Assembly (NCBI GenBank): GCA_024626585.2
Contig: JANKJI020000004.1
Span: 140,321,506 to 140,340,879, forward strand
DNA length: 19,374 nt
Direction: 5' to 3'
From: Ginkgo biloba
Taxonomy: Eukaryota; Plantae; Ginkgophyta
Shown here: piece after piece, positions 1 to 6,337 of the stretch
Layout of the letters: each line of letters opens with the position of its first letter
How positions within the stretch are numbered: the first letter of the stretch is position 1
Notes under the pieces: model-generated
What the model was told of the DNA's origin: nothing
What the model saw: only the letters and a program-made list of their open reading frames with translations
The model's database searches: none
Made by a program: the position numbers and the translations under genes

Positions 1-177
1 ATGTGCGCCATGCCGTACATGCAGAAAAGCGTTCTGTACGGTCAAAAAAATTTCACTCGGGGGCTCCACCCCTGAACCCCCGGCAGGGGGCAGCCCCCCC
101 TGCAACCCCCTTGTGCGCCCAGCGCAACGAACGGCCTTGCGGTCGTAAACTAGGGGGAGGGATCGCCGAATGCAACA
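1..177 (-). mobile_element. Probable terminus of an LTR (element continues beyond the window start); GC/CpG-rich with tandem G/C hairpins
   Basis: Abrupt switch from GC-rich (1-~190) to AT-rich DNA. Plus strand ends ...GAATGCAACA at 177, so the minus strand begins TGTTG, a canonical LTR terminus. Contains GGGGGCTCCACCCCTGAACCCC (59-80) and the hairpin GCAGGGGG-cagcc-CCCCCTGC (83-103). The LTR assignment is inference: no partner LTR or coding region is in the window. Confidence 0.5.
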
Positions 178-284
178 CCGTCACACACCATATTGTTGGA
201 GATCTGGATATTCACTTCACCTCCTAACAGTGTCCCCTACAAGGAAAATTTTCTTCAATACAATTTTGCCATTGAGATTTGATC

Positions 285-1839
285 TCATAAACTACAAGCT
301 TGGTCCCAGTTCCAATCTAAATCTTCTTCATTATTGAATATCACTCTAGGAATCTTGACAATTTCTAAGTACCTAAGTGGGTGTTCAAGATACCCCTGGT
401 GCGATAGGAGGGCTATAAAATTGGTGCTGAACCCTCGAGTATTGAGGAGAGTGAGTGTCATATCAACCAAGTTATTAATGCTTATCACTTTGAGTGCAGA
501 TAGCGCACCACAACATTTAGCTAACAATTGACACAACTATGAAGCTATTGCAGCAATGTTATTCTAGACTTTGGAGCCCAAGTGAATAAAACAAAGGGTG
601 GTCAAGCCCGTTCTATTACTGACTAGAAGATCTTTGGATGGATTTTTCAAGGAGGAGAATGCCAAATAGTGTGAATCAACATCCCTATCATCTCCATTAT
701 ATGATACTAAAACTTTTTACAAGACCTTTTCGTAGCATTAAACATGCCTAAGCCATGAATGCTTGTTGTCCCTAATATTAAAAGGGGTGTAACATCAATT
801 GTCCCCTTATTTAAGAGCATATATATGTATATTTCCCATGTAATTAGCCATATACAATTTTTGAGGATGAGGATAAATGGGATCGATGCTCAAGACATTG
901 TTAATTAGCCTTTAGTCTTTTTTAGATGTAGTCTAAGGTATGGCAAATCATGCTGGAAAAGATCACCTGTCAGAGAGATGGGAAATCAGAGCCTCATCTT
1001 GCACGTGGTTTCTGGTATTCTTTTGTATATCAACATACCTTGGGCTTGAGAAAGCCTGTACTTAGCAATGCAATAACACGGTTCCATTGGACAAGACCCA
1101 CACCTCAGCACCTCTTAGGTCTTTCATGCTGACCATGAATTACATGTTTTGGGCACCATAAAGAGCTGTAAAAATGTCAAATCCTTTCTTGGTTATTACT
1201 CATCCTTACTCATCTTCTGGCTGACGCATTGATGCTGAACTTTTATTTTAATGAATGTGTTTAATAGATTCCCTATATGTAGATTTGTTTGCTGAAACTT
1301 TATTTCTTACCCGCTCACTTTGAATGCTAAGGGAAAAAATTCTTACATCTTCCTCATCATTTATTGCAATATAGACAAGTGGACTATACAACCATCATCC
1401 TTTCCAAACATGATTCATGGGAACCCTCTTTGTTCCCCTCATTTCCACTTAGCTCATCCTCCTCATCTTCTTGATCGGTACCAATTTCAAAGGACTTCTT
1501 GGAGTATCTTCCCTCTCTTATGTGCCTTCCTATGTCCCTACATCTTAACCTACATTCCTTGATTCATTTCAAGTGGATACCACATAAAAAAATAAGAAAA
1601 TTTGGAAAATGGACAACAATGAAAAAATTGAATCCCTTATTAAGTTCAAAACTTCCATGGATCTATTATTCCAACCAAATGAGTACACTTATTATGGGTA
1701 ATTGAACTTACAAAATCAAGTCATCTAATATGCCAATAAACTAGATATCAATATTTTTATGGGAAATCCAACTTATTAAAAGCAAGCCAACCAATGTGAC
1801 AATAAGCTAGCTATTTGAGCTATATTCATATCCAAAATA
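285..1839 (-). pseudogene. Degraded, apparently intron-containing gene or transposon-gene remnant of unknown family
   Basis: Minus-strand canonical splice signals: intron 1038->967 (AG|GTATGT...CTCTCTGACAG|G, 72 nt), intron 1310->1166 (GG|GTAAGA...TTTTTACAG|), and a donor GTAAGT at 1711. Protein-like fragments include ORF 285-536 (LAKCCGALSALKVIS...LEHPLRYLEIVKIP) and an acidic stretch (DQEDEEDELSGNEG, ~1430-1480), but every frame has stops. Family not recognised. Confidence 0.3.
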
Positions 1840-1871
1840 TGTTGGTGTCAGCAAAAGAATATAATCTCAAA

Positions 1872-1999
1872 GACAAAGTGTCAGAGATGTCACAAGGTTT
1901 GACAATAAATAAAGTTCGATAGATAAAATCTTGAAGACAATCCGACAACAGACAAAGTCTCAAAGATAAGTTGATGAAAAACAAAGTCTTAGAGATAAG
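1872..1999 (+). repeat. Degenerate short direct repeats ACAAAGTCTCARAGATAAG in the 5' part of the LTR
   Basis: GACAAAGTGTCAGAGATG (1872), GACAAAGTCTCAAAGATAAG (1951), ACAAAGTCTTAGAGATAAG (1981), plus weaker relatives between them. Confidence 0.7.
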
Positions 2000-2110
2000 A
2001 CCGATGATATAATAATGCCCGACAATGAAGTTTCCAAGACCAAAGTGAACTAAAGGCTTTGTGAACTTTTCCGGGAGTTTGGGAGTTCAGGAGTTGTAGG
2101 AAAGTTGAGC

Positions 2111-2554
2111 CCTTGTCCTGGCTGCGATAGCGCTCCCTCACGCACCCAAGGAAAGGAGTGAGACCTTATCCTAGCTACCATAGCACTCCCTCACGCACCC
2201 AGTAAGGAAAACAGACCCAGGGAAGAAAGCGAGAGAGGAAACGCACACTTGTCGTAGCTGCGATAGCATTCCCTTACTGACCCAGGGAGGAAAATGACCC
2301 AGGAAAGAAAATGCACCCAGGGAAGAGAGTGAATCCTTGTCCTAGCTGTGATAGCATTCCCTGACCGACCCAATGAAGAAAATGGACCTAGGAAAGAAAG
2401 TGCACCCAGGAAGGAAAAAGAAATGCACCCTTGTCCTGGCTGCGATAGCATTCCCTGACTAACCCAAGGAGGAAAGCGGGCTCAGGGAGGAAAGCAATCG
2501 AGTGAGAGGAGTGCACCCTCCTTCTAGTTGCGATAGCATTCCCTGACTCGACCA
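2111..2554 (+). repeat. Array of six 38-bp direct repeats with variable purine-rich spacers, inside the LTR (likely U3)
   Basis: Consensus CCTTGTCCTAGCTGCGATAGCATTCCCTGACNNACCCA at 2111-2148, 2164-2201, 2247-2284, 2335-2372, 2429-2466 and 2517-2554. Spacers are 15, 45, 50, 56 and 50 nt. A partial seventh unit (GCTCCCTGAC) lies at ~2584-2593. Confidence 0.92.
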
Positions 2555-3129
2555 GGGAAAAGGAGACGAAGGGAAATGGAAAGGCTCCCTGACACTGACT
2601 TTTTCCTGGGTGCATCCCTGTTAAAATTGATTCAATTTTCTGTCAATTTAACAATTACGAAAACAGTTCCACTTTCTCGAACAGTTACGGGAACTGAAAG
2701 GGCTGGAAGGAAAAAGAGAGAAAAACACCCAGAACAAGAGGAAGGAAAGGGAGAGGAATAGAGAGTGTGAGAGAGTCATTATGAGACTGAAAAGCTCCAC
2801 ACCATTTGTTTGTTATGTTTGTATTGTGCAAAGCTCTATGGGTTGCATCCCTTGAATAGAAGCATATGCACAATTGGATGTAAATTCTTGTTTGAAATAT
2901 CTGAAATATCATTTTGGAGTTCTTATTCTCCAAGAGGGTTTTCTCCAGTTAAAAACGTTCTTGTCTCTGCATAAGAATTTAATGTGGTGTTTGAATTCTT
3001 TAGTTCTTGAATGTTACTAGTTCAAGTGATAGGACCACCTGAAAGTTTACAAACACAGAAATAAAATTAAGAATTATGTTGTAGGTGCCATTGGAGAATT
3101 TTGACTTCTCCACTAGAAAATAAATCAAA

Positions 3130-3140
3130 TGGTATCAGAG
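3130..3140 (+). promoter_or_regulatory. Primer-binding site complementary to the 3' end of initiator tRNA-Met
   Basis: TGGTATCAGAG directly after LTR-end CA + AA; the canonical plant PBS is TGGTATCAGAGC. Confidence 0.92.
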
Positions 3141-3261
3141 ACAAGATCCTGAGCTTGTGCATATCAGTTTGTAATAGAGCATTTCTTTCTGATATTGTGG
3201 AAGTGGTTGTTTCTTGAGTGGCAAGAAATTGGCAGCAGAATCTCCAGGTTCTTAGAAATTA

Positions 3262-4396
3262 TTGAACCCTATATATGATACAGACACGAAGACAATTTAC
3301 AGGAGGAGAACCTCTGCAAGTCCACTTGAATCTGATCAACGACAAAGGCATTCAAGGATGGAGCATACTGATTCAAAGGAGAGAGAGTATGAAGCTCATC
3401 TTTCCAGAATAGAGAACATGGAGAGTATGCAAATATTGATGAACCGGTTTTTTACAGTTGTGTCGGAGCAAGAAAAAAGAGAAGAGCTAGAGTCAAGTAA
3501 AGGACGCACAGATGAAACTGATAAGGAATTGATGACGCCTCATTTTGCTAGATTGGGTAAGGCCAATTAGAATTATTCACCTTTCAAAGTTGAAGCAAAG
3601 TTTGAGACCCCTTGTATGAAGGCCAGTTAGATGCAGAAAGACTGAATAATTGGCTACGACAGCTAGAAGTTTACTTCAGTTGTCAGGGGTTGAATGAGAG
3701 CAAAAAATCTATTTTTCCAGGCTTAAAATTTCGGGGCATGCCTTACTCTGGTGGGAGGAATATTGTCAAAGACTAAAATGACAGTAGGCATTCCTAGTCA
3801 CCAATTGGGAGTAGTTCAAGCAATTGTTAAAAAAATAGTTCTACCTGCTTGGGTATGAAAGAGAGTAGCAAATTCGTTGGCAATATCTACATCAACAACA
3901 AGGTCAAGATGTCCAAGACTACACAGCAAAATTCTAACGATAGGCCATTTTGTTGGATGGCATTGAAGATGCACCCAATGTGCTCATGAAGTACATTGGA
4001 GGTCTACATCAATATTAATAGAATGAAATAGCCCTGTTCGAGATAAGGTCTATCAATGAAGCCTATACAAAAGCCTTGTACATTGAAAATTGAAGTAAGA
4101 AGAAGGTGTGTGGAAGTTTGACACAGCCACCATTTAAAAGAAATCATGAAGTTGCTCGCTGACAGGAACAAACCAAGGGGAATAAGGTAGTCGCTCATCG
4201 ATACTGGGTGAAGACTGCTAACACTGTTAAAAAAGGTGAAGGAAATCCTTCGAAGAAGAGAAAGTGTGAGCATTGTCATAAGTCAAGGCACACAAAAGAT
4301 CGATGTTGGGAATTGCATCCAGAGCTTATTCCGCAGAACAGGAAGGGCAAGAAATTTCAAATGGCTACAAATAATGAAGATGACGAAGATCTTTAG
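3262..4396 (+). pseudogene. gag: gag (Retrotrans_gag capsid domain plus CCHC zinc knuckle), with stops and frameshifts
   Basis: Fragments WLRQLEVYF..., LKFRGHALLWWEEY, NWE*FKQLLKK*FY, QQGQDVQDYTAKF and LMKYIGGL; zinc knuckle CEHCHKSRHTKDRC (CX2CX4HX4C) at 4265-4306. The true start is uncertain (~3262-3360). Confidence 0.88.
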
Positions 4397-6337
4397 GAGA
4401 TTGAAGAATTGGGCGACGCGAATCCAAGGTTAGCTTGTGTCACTCAGAAGTCGATAGTCAAGAGGTCTGACAATGAGGAAATGGTGACAGCGATAGCCAG
4501 GGAGAAGCTTTTCCTTATCAAGGTCTAGGTACATAATACCTTGGTGAATGTTTTGTTTGATTCAGATAGTCAAGCCAATCTAATTTCTATTGTCTTAGTG
4601 CAATGGTTAGGGTTGAAGACCGTTGAGCATCCGAAGCCATATCCATTAGGGTGGCTACACAAGGATGCTGAGATTCAAGTTACCAAACAGTGCAGTTTCA
4701 AATTTGCCATCTCCAAGAACTTCATCAACGAAGTCAAGTGTGATGTCTTTTCTTTGGATGTCTATGAAATAATTCTCAAAAGCCCATACTTATGGGATAG
4801 AGATGCCATTTTCTTGAGGCGAGAGAACATATAGAGGTTGGTCAAAGACAAGAAACGATTCTTGGTTAAGGCCAGTCAACAGAAAGAGGAAATCTCTTTG
4901 GTCTTTGCGAATCAGGCGAAAAGGTTGATCAATGCCAGCAAGAAGTTTATCATGTTGATCCTAAAAGTGACAGACAACAAAACGACTGAAGCAAAGGAGT
5001 CCAACAATGGTCGCTTGGCCGAACAGAGAGGACAACTTAGTCATTTGGTGTCGAAGTACCAAGAAGTCTTCATTGAACCAAAAAGGCTACCTCCTAAGAG
5101 GCCAATTGAACATGAGATTCAGTTGTTTCCAAAAGCAGTTTTACCCAACTTGGGTCTTTACAAGACTTCTTTGTTAGAGAGTGAGGAAATAAAGAGGCAG
5201 ATTCACGAGCTCTTGGATCAAGGAGCTATTTAGCCCAGTGTGTCTCCTTGCGAGTCACCTATATTGCTTGTTCCTAAGAAGGATGGTTCATGGAGGATGT
5301 GCGTAGATTTTCGAGCACTCAATAAGATTACTGTGAAGAACCGTTATCCATTACCCAGGATCAATGATCTGTTGGACCAACTCCAAGGGGCCAAGTTTTA
5401 TACAAAGCTAGATCTAAAGTCTAGTTACTACCAGGTGAGAATCAAGGAGGAAGACACCTAGAAGACTACGTTTAAATCCAAGCAAGGTTTGTTTGAGTGG
5501 TTGGTAATGCCTTTTGGTTTATGTCATGCACCAGCTACCTTTATGCAAATGATTGATGAGGTCCTCAGACCATTCATCGATCGTTTTGTCAGTGTTTATC
5601 TTGATGACGTCCTAGTGTTGAGCAAGACCTGGTATGAACACCTTCAACACCTAGAACAAATGTTGGAAACTTTGAAGGAGAAACAGTTGCAATTGAACCT
5701 GAAAAAAATGCGAGTTTGCTAAACAATCGTAGGTAAATTTGGGGTTCATCGTTGGAGGAGATGAGCTAAGAATTGATCCGACCAAAGTACAAACCATTTC
5801 GAATTGGCCAAGACTGACCAATTTGACTAAGGTACATAGTTTCACGGGAGCAACACAATTTGAGAAAATTTATCTCACACTTCTCATCTTTGGCTACACC
5901 GTTACATGCTTTGACCAAAGGAGGAGTGAGGTTTCAGTCGACGAAGGCACAAGAAGAAGCATTTGACATCTTAAAGCAGAAGATATGTGAAGCCCCTACA
6001 TTAGGTCTACTCGATTTGCAGAAGCCATTAGAGATTGAGGTCGACGCGTCAGGTTATGCGCTTGGATGTCATATTTGTAGTAGTTTAACTTGGTTATCAA
6101 GTACAAGAAGGGGACACTAAACAAAGTCATCGATATGCTATCAAGACCGTCGATAGTTGTCGGAGCAGAGTTATCAAGGTTGTCGACAGTTGTCAGAGCG
6201 GTGCTTTAGTTGCAACCATTCCCACTTGAAGAATTTCAGGGGTAGTATGAGGAGGATGGTGATTACTGGTCAATATATGTGACTCTGAGACAAGGGGAGT
6301 CGAATTTTGAGTACCATCTGAAGGAAGGAATTCTATA
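4397..6337 (+). pseudogene. pol: pol: aspartic protease, reverse transcriptase, partially deleted RNase H and start of the linker to integrase
   Basis: Protease LFDSDSQANLIS (catalytic DSG mutated to DSD, 4559-4567). RT motifs [30 protein letters not shown] and YLDD (5597-5608). RNase H EVDASGYALG (D at 6043). Same frame as the gag knuckle from 4208 to ~5700, so a single gag-pol ORF. Frameshifts at the A-run ~5702-5708 and at ~5858. In-frame TAGs at 4526, 4832, 5231, 5459, 6078 and 6081. Confidence 0.95.

Larger units (their letters stand above)
1840..3127 (+). repeat. 5' LTR of the Gypsy element (~1.29 kb)
   Basis: The 3' end ...TAAATCA (3127) is fixed by the PBS 2 nt downstream. The 5' end is placed at TGTTGGTG (1840), where the flanking minus-strand remnant ends and LTR-internal repeats begin; this end is less certain because there is no 3' LTR to compare. 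Contains a GA-rich tract (~2705-2780) and AGGGTTTT (~2934-2942), as often seen in plant LTRs. Confidence 0.7.
1840..6337 (+). mobile_element. Ty3/Gypsy LTR retrotransposon, chromovirus branch (CRM-like), degenerate; 3' part lost in or after the assembly gap
   Basis: Order is LTR, PBS, gag, CCHC, protease, RT, RNase H (Gypsy order, no integrase before RT). Motifs typical of CRM-type plant chromoviruses: [73 protein letters not shown]. The sequence stops at the 100-N gap 6338-6437. Confidence 0.93.

Noticed and set aside
480-780. NB-ARC (NLR) remnant suggested by AKCCGALSALKVI (GLPL-like) and SIHGLGM
   Set aside because: No P-loop GKT or kinase-2 LDD is found, and the spacing between the two motifs is too short for NB-ARC.
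1105-1110. Cys-TGA-Gly on the minus strand as a selenocysteine motif
   Set aside because: Land plants lack Sec machinery, no SECIS is seen, and the region has other stops. CGA/TGG-to-TGA decay is simpler.
2111-2554. A bona fide CRISPR array
   Set aside because: Eukaryotic LTR context with no cas genes. Spacers vary from 15 to 56 nt and are related to each other and to the repeat end, rather than being unique acquired sequences.
2335-2560. Hammerhead ribozyme (retrozyme-like) in the LTR repeats, suggested by CTGA...GA and GAAA
   Set aside because: The core CUGANGA spacing is not met (CTGACCGA, CTGACTAA, CTGACTCGA) and I could not build the three-helix junction by eye. An Infernal search would settle it.
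2191-2933. ORFs 2191-2451(-), 2388-2615(-), 2576-2761(+) and 2685-2933(-)
   Set aside because: By-products of the repetitive, purine-skewed LTR; no protein motifs.
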